Shown: piece after piece, positions 42,706-54,577 of the stretch
How positions within the stretch are numbered: position 1 is the first letter of the stretch
Layout: each line of letters begins with the position of its first letter
DNA from: Scyliorhinus canicula
Lineage: Eukaryota
Length of the DNA: 64,000 bases
Assembly (NCBI RefSeq): GCF_902713615.1
Contig: NC_052167.1
Location: 19,582,690-19,646,689 of the forward strand
Direction of reading: 5' to 3'
The notes under the pieces: model-generated
What the model was told of the DNA's origin: nothing
Seen by the model: only the letters and a program-made list of their open reading frames with translations
The model's database searches: none
Made by a program: the position numbers and the translations under genes

Positions 42706-44702
42706 AAGGTATGTTAATGGTGTCTGCCTGAAGTATTCCGAGGTCATGTACAACACTGCTGCGTTATCCAATTCCAATTAAGTACTTCAAGGCCACCCAT
42801 TGACCCTATGAGCTGCACACACCAGCCTATTAGTATTTATGTTTTTTCTTTCGGACTATTCTTCCTGAAGTCAAGGTGAGGGTGAAAAATCCTAAATACG
42901 AACACCAAGGATCTATGTGTCAAAAACCTACTGTGCAGGCAAATTAATGGGAACATAGGCCAGTTTTGATATTAGTGACACTGATGTCAATTTTTACATT
43001 GTGGGTTGGGTGCAAAGTGTCCAAATAGATTTTATAAAGAAACCTTAAATGTGGCAGGACGTGTGAATTTTCATCCCATCAAGAATGGATGCTTTCGGAA
43101 CTGGATGCACCTGTCAGCATGCAGTAACTAACCCGACACCTCAATTTAAGAAGAGAGCACACAAATTCTCTATGCTCTGTAACCTTTCTCACTTCTGTAT
43201 GACTGACAACCAAGACCATCTGGTTTAGTAGACCCTCCAAACCATAGTAAGCGGATAGAATCATAGAATTTACAGTGCAGGAGACCATTTGGCCCATCGA
43301 GTCTGCACTGGCCTTTGGAAAGAGCACCCTACTTAAGCCCACGCCGCCACCCTCTCCCCATAATCCAGTAACCACACCCAACTTTTTGGACACTGAGGGA
43401 CAATCCACCTAACCTGCACATCTTTGGACTGTGGGACGAAACCTGAGCACCCGGAGGAAACTGACAGACAGTTACACGAGGCAGGAATTGACCCGGGACG
43501 CTGGAGCTGTGAGGCAGCAGCTGTGAAGGCTGTGGGTAGGAATGTGGCTCGGTCAGTCGAGCGCATGATATTAAATTATATTGGCTACAAGGGGACTGAG
43601 TATCAGGCACTTCATTTAACAGGAGGCTGATCCAATACCATTTGGCACCACCACCAGCGACAAATTTATACCCAGATCCCTAAAACACCATAAGGAATTC
43701 CATGTACAATAAACTGCTATTGAGTCACAGCAAAGTGGTGCCTTTCCCCCTCCCCCATTGGAGGGAATAGCAATGGGGAGGGTAATCAATTTTCATACGG
43801 GGGGTGGGGGGGGGGGGGGGAAGAGATAATTTAAAAATGCAATCCTCTATATCCCATTCCATCAAAAAGAAAATTAGATTTATTCAGTAACGGTAGCCTT
43901 GCCTATAATATTGAACTTTCCAAGAAAATGCCTCCTGCAGATTTTCAAACGATTTTCAGAAAGCTCCAGAAGAAAAATCAATCTCACTGGAGGGATTAAA
44001 ATAGGATTGGAGTCCTGCAGCTCGCTGAAACTGATGAATATCTTCACAGCAAAAAGGATAATGGAGCCATGGACAGACTTTTGTGTAAAAAACACAATCT
44101 TCGACTCAATGGAGTCTTTCACCTGGAAAGTATCTTTAAACAAACAGGGGAGTATTCACTATTGAGAGCAGGAAATCAATATACAGTATTGATATTAGTT
44201 TTTCCTCCTGGCATATTGCCTGAAGTAATTTTCAGAACATCACTGCCTCAGATCAATACAGACACAGGGACAGGCTTGCCAAGATTAATGGAGTCATGCC
44301 CTGAAACCTAGTGCGAACAATGGATATTTATGCAAGCAATACAAATGCCACCTTGTTAATTATTCATAACACAGATATTTTCAAAATGTTGTGTAGGCAC
44401 AAACTTCCCATCCAACAACCTGGCATGATTTTTGCTCATTCCTGCATGTGAAAGTGGCAAATAAGCAGAATAGAATTGCAACAAGGCAGAAGTAGCCTTG
44501 AACAATGTGCTTGCAAATGCTGGCCAGGAGGGGTTGCTGGCAAGCTAGTTTCTGGAATGCAAGGTTACTACGATTATGTTTTCAGACTATATATTTTGTT
44601 TTATATTATCATGGCTTGAAATTGTCCCTGTAAATGTAGGTTAATTGAAAGGAGTCACCTATGCTGGAATCTGCCCGACAGTAAAGCTAGGCAGTTAATT
44701 GA

Positions 44703-44836
44703 AGTCTTACAACACCAAGTTAAAGTCCAACAGGTTTGTTTCAAATCACTAGCTTTCGGAGCACTGCTCCTTCCTCAAGTGAAGAAATGTAAGACTTCTT
44801 ACTCACCCCAGTCCAACATCGGCATCTCCGCATCAT
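44703..44836. mobile_element. Penelope-like fragment with an inverted terminal segment
   Basis: Same family as 18127-18326; TSD AGTTAATTGA at 44693-44702 and 44837-44846. Confidence 0.72.
44746..44782 (-). ncRNA. Minimal hammerhead ribozyme relic with a C3-to-U change
   Basis: Minus strand TCAC-TTGAGGA-A-GGAGC-agt-GCTCC-GAAA-GCTA-GTGA. Confidence 0.62.
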
Positions 44837-47800
44837 AGTTAATTGAGAGACATTGTATTACTGAAAGGGAGGCAAATGATAACACCTGGGAACATACCCC
44901 AGATGCCATACTGCTGCCAATTCATACACTGCAACTTTGACTAGACTGCCAATAAAGTACTTCACCGACTCCATAGCGCTTTAAGACATTTGTCGAGCGT
45001 GGAAAGCTGTATATAAACGGATGTCCTTCCCTCTTTCTAGTTAGAAATAAGCAACACCAGGACGACAACAAATAATGCTACAGCAGGTCAGCCAGTTCAA
45101 TTTAATAAAAATCAACTGGTTTGCAAACAGTCTGTAACAATGCCAGTTTAAAAGTACCATTTCGTGTTTTTCTTTATTAATCTGATGAGATTGTGGATTT
45201 GAAAGACAGACTGCCACAATGAGATAAACTAGACGGCAACTTAGCTTTTATACAATGCCTTCTCTTGATGATGGATGCAAAATATTAGCATGATGGGATG
45301 CTAGCTGGGAGCTCAATTAAAGTTTATGGGAGGTGGACTGGCTTTTGTATGTGTCTCACTGCAGTGAAAGTTGTAGGATGAGTAATTCCAGCATACAAAC
45401 TTGATTCCAATATGAGAAAGCAGATTTGGATAACAAATTACCAGTATGCCAAAGCCAGAATTTAGACACTGTCCTTAGTTATATAAATGATCTGGCACTG
45501 TGGTTATGTATTGTCATCATTTTTTTTTATTTTAGAGTACCCAATTCATTTTTTTCCAATTATGGGGCAATGTAGCATGGTCAATCCCCCTAGCTTGAAC
45601 ATCTTTTGGGCTGTGGGGGCGAAACCCACGCAAACACAGGGAGAATGTATGTATTGTCATCATATTATGTAATATTCACAAAACCAGAGAGGATTTATTT
45701 TACTGAAACTATTGCATTCAACTATTTGAGAAAATGTCGACAATTGTTGTGTTGACAGAAACGATTGCTGAAGGTGTACAATCATCACGATACCAAAATC
45801 CTTTCCCTTCAAATTAAATACTTGGTGGTATTTTAAGAGTAGCAATTAAAATAATTCACAAATGGCACAAATACTCGAGAACAGGGAGGGGGGGGGGGGG
45901 GGGGGGGGGGGGGGAACTTATGGAACCTTTGCAGCGGATGTCATTATTCATTTTGCACAAGGATGCCAAGTCAGGCGGATCGAAGTTTAGATTTGAGGTG
46001 GAGGTCTTCAAACCTGAGGGCAGGTGAGTGAGAAAGATCGGCAATTGAAAGGGCACTCACTGATCTTCAGAAAATGGATTGATGCTCCCAAAATAAATCG
46101 TTTCACTTTGGTATGACTGCAGCTTACCTGGTCAGCATCTGAAACCAGTCCCGATCTCACTTCTGAGCTGTTTGTGGTCTCTAGAGATACAAATGTGCAG
46201 GATGCTTCCTTTTGTGCATAAGGTTAAGTTTATTTCGGATCTCTAACATGCAATTCATTTCAGAACGCAAAACCGCATTAGCTACAATAACATACAACAT
46301 GGACAGGAGATGTCCTAGCAATGGGAACCAAGTGAGCTGTACTGCAAAGATTTGTCAGGGGTTTCTACATATCAAGCCAAATGTTCCTCTTGCAGAGATA
46401 CCCCATTCATTATTCAACCTATCCATGAGCTTTGAATTGGTCATAGTTCAGTTTTCAAGCATATTTAGGTACCAAAGCAGGTTGCTAAAGCAGAGGGCAT
46501 TCTTCCAGGCCTCCTCCCATAAGAATGCCATCCAGATACTGGCAAAGATCATCAGCAGCAAGGAAAGTCTAGGGAAAAAAAGCAACAGACTTTCTGGGGC
46601 GAGAAAGGATGTACTGCATTTTAAAGTCTTTCAGTCCACACATGGTCATTTTCATGCCATCCCACATGGGCTGATAAACAATGGAAGGAAAGGAAGGTAT
46701 TGGGGGGGAAGAGAGAGAGAGAGAGAAAGAGAAGGGACTAATTGTGCTGTGTTCCAGTAATGTGACAATGGGCAGAATGGCTTCTCTTTATGGTACTCTA
46801 GATTCTAGTTGATGATCCGGCAACAGAGAGTCTCTTACAATATGGTGCTTTTCTTCTTCCTCACTCAAGAATTATTTTTCCTAACCCTCCCTCGGCACTG
46901 ACCTTCCTTGCCAGTGTTGCTTTGCGGGTTAATTAGAGGTTCTGCGAGGAGTTTCCATGATGACTAAGTAGCATTATGCAGCGGTTAATTATCCTAAATT
47001 CAATCAAATTATGCACCGATTTGTACCTGATCTCAGTCAAAGTGATGATGCAATAATTTGCTTCAGTCTTCCTGGTGCGTGTGTGCACACAATAAAGGAC
47101 AACCACCAAGCAAAAAAGGAAGTAACTCACTTTGGATGGAAATCTCTGTATGAATGTCAAATGCCAACAGTGGACCTGGCTGTGACACCACCTGATGTCA
47201 GTCTGTCGACATTCACTGTTAGTACACAGGCAGATGAATACCAGCATCAGCTGGATTGGGGGGGGGGGGGGGGGGGGGAAAGAGAGAGAGAGAGAGAGAG
47301 AGGAGAGAAATACGAGTAATCCCAGGTATGTGGAAGGGAAGAGGGAATTAAATCAATTTAAATAAGGAATTAAATAATTTTAAAGCAACTTAATCAAAGT
47401 TAGCAACAGATCCACAAGGGACCATAATTTCTTCAAAACACAGGAGAGAAGGTTTTTGTCATTTTGCCATGTAGTAGCATTACTCGAGAGTAAATTATTT
47501 CACTATAGCAGGAAAAGGATTGAAAAGGTGCAAACACGATGGCTCTCACAGACTGTCATTCCTTCTTGCATCACCTCAGTTCATTTGAACTCCCTCCACC
47601 AGTTTGTGATCTGAAAGTCACATATTTATTGCCAAATGAAATGAAACGCCTCCATACATAAGGATACAATTTTCTTGTCACTCCAGGTTAGGCTTCACCA
47701 GAAGTGCAGCTGCTTCTCTAGGCGCTCCATTTTCAAATCAAATTGGTGTTAACAGGATTATCTCCATTGTGCAACCCGTGAGATTTGTGAGGAAGCACAT

Positions 47801-48327
47801 GAGAAATTAAAGCAATGGCAGACTGCTCAAAGCTTAAAGAACAGCTGGTTGTATGTGGTAATTATGCGTAGTTAGTTCAGTTTAGCTTTAGTGCAATGCT
47901 TTCCTACGAAAGCAAGACTATCTTCATTAGACACTGGTTTAAACTGACCCACGTTCACAATTGACCCCAAATGGGCAAGAAAGCTGGACTCCAGAAAGAT
48001 TTTCAGAGGCATTTTAATTGACATGATATTCAGAGGCATCTTAATTGACATGAATTGTAGATTGTTTGGCTACTGTCTTTTACTGCCATGTTGCCTTTTG
48101 GGTAGAAGTGACAAATTGGAGAAAGGAAACGGGGGAAGGGAAACACCTCCTACATCTTTTAATCGGCACAGGAATTTTACACGAGAGCTCGCTCAATACA
48201 ATGCCTTACATGCCTACCTCTATCACGGCAGAAACACTCAGCAAAATAACTATCCGTTGTTATGAATATTGTTGATGTTATAACCATGATGTGGAGATGC
48301 TGGTGTTGAACTGGGGTGGGCACAGTA

Positions 48328-50460
48328 CATAGAACATAGAGCAGTACAGACCCTTCAGCCCACAATGTTGTGCCGACCATTTATCCTAATCTAAGAACAA
48401 CCTAATCTATACCCCTTCAATTTACTGCTGTCCATGTGCTTGTCTAAGAGTCGCTTGAATGTCCCTAATGACTGACTCCACTACCTCTGCTGGCAGTGCA
48501 TTCCACACACCAACCACTCTCTGTGTAAAGAACCTACCTCTGACATCTCCCCTATACCTTCCTCCAATCACCTTAAAATTATGTCCCCTCGTGACAGCGA
48601 TTTCCACCCTGGGAAAAAGTCTCTGGCTATCCACTCTATCCATGCCTCTCATCACCTTGTACACCTCTATCAAGTCACCTCTCTGCCTTCTTCGCTCCAG
48701 TGAGAAAAACCCTAGCTCCCTCAACCTTTCTTCATAAGACATGCCGTCCAGTCTAGGCAACATCCTAGTAAATCTCCTCTACACCCTCTCCAAAGCATCC
48801 ACATCCTTCCGATAATGAGGCAACTAGAGTTTTATAAAGCTGCATCAAAACATCGTGGCTCTAAAACTCAATCCCCCTGTTAATGAAAACCAACACACCA
48901 TACGCCTTCGTAACAACCCTATCAACCTGGGTGGCAACTTTGAGGGATCTATGCACGTGGACCCCAAGATCCCTCTGTTCCTCCACACTACCAAGAATGC
49001 TCCCTTTAACCCTGTATTCAGCATTCATATTCGACCTTCCAAAATGAATCGCTTCACATTTATCAAGGTTGAACTCCATCTGCCACTTCTCAGCCCAGCT
49101 CTGCATCCTGTCAATATCCGGTTGTAACCTGCAACAACCCTCAACACTATCTACAACTCCACCAACTTTTGTATAATCGGCAAACTTACTAACCCACCCT
49201 TCCCCATCCTCATCCAAGTCATTTATGAAAATCACAAAGAGCAGAGGTCCCAGAACAGACCCTAGCGGGACACCACTGGTCACTGACCTCCAGGCGGAAT
49301 ACTTTCCATCCACTACCACTTGCTGTCTTCTTTCGGCCAGCCAATTCTGTATCCAGACAGCCAAATTTCCCTGTATCCCATGCCCACTATCAAATGCCTC
49401 ACTGAAATCCATATGCACCACATCCACTGCCCGACCTTCATCAATGTGTCTCGTCACATCCTCAAAGAATTCAATGAGGCATGACCTGCCCCTCACAAAG
49501 CCATGCTGACTATCTTTAATCAAACTAAGTTTTTCTAAATAATCATATATCCTATTTCTCAGAATCATTTCCAATATTTTGCTCACCACAGACACAAGAC
49601 TGATGGGTCTGTAATTCCCAGGGATTTCCCTATTCCATTTTTTGAACAGGGGAACAACATTCACCTCTCTCCAATCATCCGGTACTACTCCAGTGGAGAG
49701 TGAGGACGCAAAGATCATCGCCAACGGCGCAGCAATCTCCTCCCTCGCTTCCCGTAGTAACCTTGGGTATATCCCATCAGGCCCAGGGGACTTATCTATC
49801 CTGATGCTTTTCAAAATCTCCAGCACATCCTGCTTCTTAATATCAACCTGTTCAAGTCTATTAACCTGGTTCACACTGTTCTCATGGGCAACAAGGTCCG
49901 TCTCTCTAGTGAATACTGAAGCAAAGTATTCATTTAGGACCTCCCCCACCTCTTCAGACTCTAATGCACAAGTTCCCTCCACGATCCCTGATCAGACCTA
50001 CTCTCACTCTGATCATCCTCTTATTTCTGACATAAGTGTAGAATGCCTTGGGGTTTTCCCTAATCCTTCCCACCAGGGCTGTTTCATGTCCCCTTCTGGC
50101 TCTCCTCAGTCCATTTTTGAGTTCCTTCCTGGCTACCTTGTAACCTTCTAGAGCCGAGTCAGATCCTTGCTTCCTCAACCTTACGTAAGCTTCCTTCTTC
50201 CTCTTGACTAGAAGCTCCACTTCTCTTGTCATCCAAGGCTCCTTCACCTTACCATTCCTTCCTCATCTCAGTGGGACAAAATAATTCAGCACTCACAGCA
50301 TGTACTCCTTAAAAAATCCCCACATTACTATTGTGCATTTCCCCCAAGAACAATTGTTCCCACTTTATGCTCCTCAGCTCCTGTCTAATAGCAGTATAAT
50401 CTCCCCTCCCCCAATTACATACCTTCCCATACTGTGTGTTCCTATCCCTCTCCATGACGA
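48328..50460 (-). mobile_element. CR1-type LINE, 5'-truncated, with reverse transcriptase remnant
   Basis: 373-aa ORF with KSPGPDG, NYRPISL, QHGF, GVPLGSVLGPLLF and FADY(D)TK; internal deletions; (ttctatg)n tail at 48328. Confidence 0.95.
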
Positions 50461-50506
50461 AGAAGTCTTACAACACCAGGTTAAAGTCCAACAGGTTTGT
50501 TTCGCA

Positions 50507-50543
50507 TCACTAACTTTCGGAGCGCAACTCCTTCATCAGGTGA
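50507..50543 (-). ncRNA. Minimal hammerhead ribozyme, sense to MAPK8; core intact, helix III palindrome changed AGCT to AGTT
   Basis: Minus strand TCAC-CTGATGA-A-GGAGT-tgc-GCTCC-GAAA-GTTA-GTGA. Confidence 0.7.
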
Positions 50544-53500
50544 ATTATAACTGGTCAGGAAAATCCCAGAATGGAATCCTGGCTCAAAAGACAAAACTTT
50601 TAAATAAAACGTGGAGGAACAGAGTCGCAAAACTACCCATTAGTTTCAACAACAAGAAACAAATAATGTATTAAAGATGAAATCAGGCAGCTCAGTTACA
50701 GAGTGGTTAGCACTGCAGCCTCACGGCGCCGAGGTCCCAGGTTCGATCTCGGCTCTGAGTCACTGTTCGTGTGGAGTTTGCACATTCTCCCTGTGCCTGC
50801 ATGGGTTTCGTCCCCACAACCCAAACATGTGCAGAATTGCCTCTTAATTGAAAAAAATTAAGTGGGTACTCTAAATTTTTTTAAATGGTAAAAGTTGGAT
50901 TATGATACAATACACCTTTACTCCCCCTTAGCTTAACAATTAGACAGGTTTTACGATTAACACGGATCACAAAGTACATCTTAATCTACTTTGTTCTCCT
51001 CAACACAAAGTCCCTTTTAAGCACACAAGATGACTGTGGGCAGGGGTGGCATGGTGGTTAGCACTGCTGCCTCACGTCGCCGAGGACCCGGGTTCGATCC
51101 CGGCCCCGTCCTTGTGGAGTTTGCACATTCTCCCGTGTCTGCGTGGATCTCACCCCACAACCCAAAGATGTGCAGGATAGATGGATTAGCCAGGCTAAAT
51201 TTCCCCTTAATTGGAATTTTTTTTTTTTTTTTTTTTTAAAAGAATCCTCCCAGATGATTGTCACATGGGAGTTTCCAAACTCCATTCCCAAAAGCACACT
51301 ATAAAATCTTCTCTTATGATTATGCTTTCCCTTCGCGGTTCGCATTCCAAAATCCCGGTTTTACAAGCTACACTTTTAAACAATGCTGCCTCTCTACTTT
51401 TAACAGCAAATCCAGTGAAGGATTTTACACCACTCCCTTTTAGCTTTCCTTTGTTTTAACTGCTTACATAGACTCAGCTTCTGCCACCAATTTCCTTAGC
51501 TATTTCAACTCACATTCCACAGGCTGTAGTACAATCTCACAAACCTGAAAATAACTTCAGATATCTTTCCGGTGTCTCAGCATGGTGTGGCTTTTCTTCT
51601 AGCAAAGCTGAGAGATGTTCCCTCTCCAGCCTTCTAAACCAACTGCTTCTAGCAGAGCTGCCTTGTCTCTCACTACCTATCTCCATCTGCAATCAAATTA
51701 GCTAAACTAAAACTTAAAAGCTTCTCGATCTTACAAGGTCTCAGTTGCTAAGCAACACCCACATTATTTATTCTTCTCACCACAGCACAATAGAAACACA
51801 ATTGGAATTTAACTAACCCCCCACATATAGGAACACCTTTATCCAGCATGAATATAACTACAGGTTTTACCCATACAGGCATCAAAACATTAAATTAAAC
51901 CCACTTAGAACAATACCTTATTTCTAATGTTTACCAATACAAATATAAATAAATTAAAACTACCTTTCTTTTCCTAACGCTGTAAAAGAATGCCCCATCA
52001 AAAATAAAGAATCTTTTATGGCACTGTCATTTTACAATTGTTCATCACCAGGAACCTACAGCAGTTTGCATACAGTACATTGGATCTTCAAATCCCCCAG
52101 CAGTGAAGTTGAAAAGCATCCTACTCCAGGTCACTGATATTCCTAACCTTCAACAAAAGTGCCACCCAAAAACAAGATGCAAATACCGAAAGGTTCTCCT
52201 TCCCTTTGAATTAAAAAAAGGAAAAATTGTTATACCCGAGAGGTCGCGTGGCACCGTGGGAAGTGTCCCTGCTGAGAGCCAGAAGCTCCAGGTTCAAGGT
52301 CCAAGTCTGGACTTGATGGCCAAGAAAGGTGCATTCTCAACATGGCTAAAAGGGAGTGACAACCTACAAAATCCTTCCAAAATGCCAACGGCAGGCAGTA
52401 AGAGCAGGGGAAAATCCTGGTTAGCATGGCTTGATGTGGAGTGGTACTCCTCAAGCCATAAGCCTCTGGTGACAGGCTAACAACCTGTTCCGGGGAAAAC
52501 ACACTACGAGAAGAGATGAAAGTCTGCCCAGAGCAACACTAAAATGCGAGAAGAACAACGAACACTAACTTGCCATACTTATCTGCGATTTGTCTTTTTA
52601 GCTAATGACATTTAGCCATCACAGAAAAATCAGCCAGTGACGTCAGAACCATGACAAACGTTCCTCAGAAAATCCAGCTCGTTGAGCAACACGTGCCAAG
52701 AATTAGAAACCATGGAAGACATCAGCACAGACTTCTGTTTGAAACATGAATTTGAGTGGCAAAGGAACTAGAGAGGAAATTAGGAGAAAATTCTAACCAC
52801 AGGTGGTTAAGACCTGGAATGTACTTTCCAAATGTGAAATGGAATCAGATTTCATAGTGAATTTCAAAAGATAATTAGACAATTTAAGAGATCCAATTTG
52901 CACATTTCAGGCAAAAAAGCTGGAGTATGGGATACAATGAGACAGCTGTTTCAAAGAGCAGACACAGACACGATGGGCTGAATGGCCTTCTGTGCTGTAA
53001 GATTCAAGAATTCTAGGATTTGTTTTACGTAAAGTGTGAACACCATTAAGGTTGCGTGTACACCGATAATGTTTGTGTAAGTGCCAGCCAGTTGTGGCTC
53101 ATGTCAGCATTATGTACAAATGCCGCACTAGGAAATTGTATCAAATCACAAACATGAAGTTGGAGAAGCCTTTAAAACACTGAGCTTTAGAAATGGTGAC
53201 TAAAGGGTTAAACTGCCGAAGCCGGTAGAAAGCAGACTGCTTTTCAACTAGTGGAGTCATATTTATCTACACATAAGGTTAAATGGCTACAAATTAAGAA
53301 TTTGAGACAAGCAATCTGGATAGGAGGCACTTAGTTTTCAACAGACACAGACTGAAATACTGCACTCAAAGCACTAAATGCAACAATTTGGAAAAATCAA
53401 TGCAGTTTACCCTTTAATTCCACTCTCCACAAGAATGTTGACAAGCCAAAATGCTGTAATGCATGAAACAGAGATAAAAGTGTTGCAGTAGTCAGCTAGG

Positions 53501-53977
53501 TTATAGTCTACTGTTTAATTTTGGAGGAAGTGATCATATTTTCTAAACCAATACCAAGGATACACTGAGAAATGTTAATATGCAGAGAGCCATGTTTAAC
53601 TTCAGACCGCCGCTGTTCTCATAGCATTGAGTAAGACTGAGGTACTGAGCTCTCTGTTGAGCATATAGAAGCAGAGACCAAAGCCCCTTTCTCCATGCAT
53701 CCTCAGTGTTACCCAACACCAGGCCTCGCAGACAATATTGCCATCATGCCCCATTGGCCCCGCCCCCACAAAAACACCACTGTCTTTTCATCCATCCAAA
53801 TCAAAGCCAATTCAGATCAAACCAAATTGCCGTCACAAAATGTGATTGATATGCCCTTTCCTTGCTCAGTCATTGCTGATCAGCAGAGAATCTACTAATC
53901 AGCAGTGGGCCTTTCAGAATCTGAGCACGTGTGCAGATTTACTGAATTAGGGTGAATGGAACTTACTCCAAATACGT

Positions 53978-54577
53978 TGTCATGTGAGTATACCTTTAAG
54001 GAATGTGTGCGCATATAAATATCTGTAGTGAGAGTACCTTTAAGAAATGGCTGTTTATTACTGCAGTGATATCAGAGTGTGTGTGGAGCTAGGCTGTCAG
54101 CTTTTTACTTTCGCTTTAGGCTTTTTGCTGCAAGGTGGGTTTGGTTTCATTTTAGTTTTGGAGAAGCCGCAATTACGGCAGGATGTGTGTGAATCTCTGC
54201 AAGCTTATGAGTGTCCATTTGCTAATTTCAACGTGGTAACTGTTCTCAGTAGTGAAGTTAAGCCTGATGTCTTTCTGTTAAAAGGTGTTTTTAAGTCTTA
54301 TGGATGTTAAAAGGAAAGTAAGAATTACTTGGTGTTGTATTCTTTGGGGGTTGTATTTGAATTAATGGTTGCCTAAGATGTTCACTGTGTGTTTTAAAAA
54401 GGTTAACTTGAGTTCATAGAATAAACATTGTTTTGCTTTAAAAAAAACTTTTCCATTTCTGCTGTACCACACCTGCAGAGTGGGCCGTGTGATCCCCATA
54501 CCACAATCTATTAAAAGTTGTGAGTCAGGTGAACTCCATGATGCACTTTGGGGTTCTCTAAACCCTGGCCCATTACA
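53978..54577 (+). mobile_element. Solo LTR, 600 bp, Gypsy-like
   Basis: TGT...ACA termini; flanks ACGT/ATGT (4-bp TSD with a CpG transition); AATAAA near 54420; internal short direct repeat gtacctttaag. Confidence 0.7.

Larger units (their letters stand above)
48285..50544. mobile_element. Penelope-like fragment (48285-48327 plus 50461-50544) split by a CR1 insertion
   Basis: ...gggcacagta and agaagtcttacaac... rejoin into the contiguous family sequence seen at 18160-18180; TSD TTATAAC at 48278-48284 and 50545-50551. Confidence 0.75.

Noticed and set aside
41900-42720. GC-rich island as the MAPK8 CpG-island promoter or exon 1, and its overlapping 126-174 aa ORFs as genes
   Set aside because: Bounded by TIRs and a TSD, so it is a transposon. 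The ORFs reflect high GC content and the 96-bp duplication.
37540-46135. Isolated strong minus-strand donors (CAG/GTAAGT near 37541-37549, CAG/GTAAGC near 46123-46131) as 5' UTR exons
   Set aside because: No supporting acceptor or exon evidence; expected by chance, and the first lies in a probable old transposon fragment
46212-46760. 182-aa + strand ORF, plus the 278-aa ORF at 39992-40828 -
   Set aside because: The first has no recognisable domain and a low-complexity end. The second is the antisense frame of an L1 RT fragment.
48002-48053. Short tandem duplications (27-bp period here, 18-bp period at about 31794-31829) as CRISPR-like or regulatory arrays
   Set aside because: Only two units with no spacers; ordinary slippage in a eukaryotic intron
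48861-49982. 373-aa ORF as an active reverse transcriptase gene
   Set aside because: 5'-truncated CR1 with internal deletions, and the catalytic FADD motif is changed to FADY
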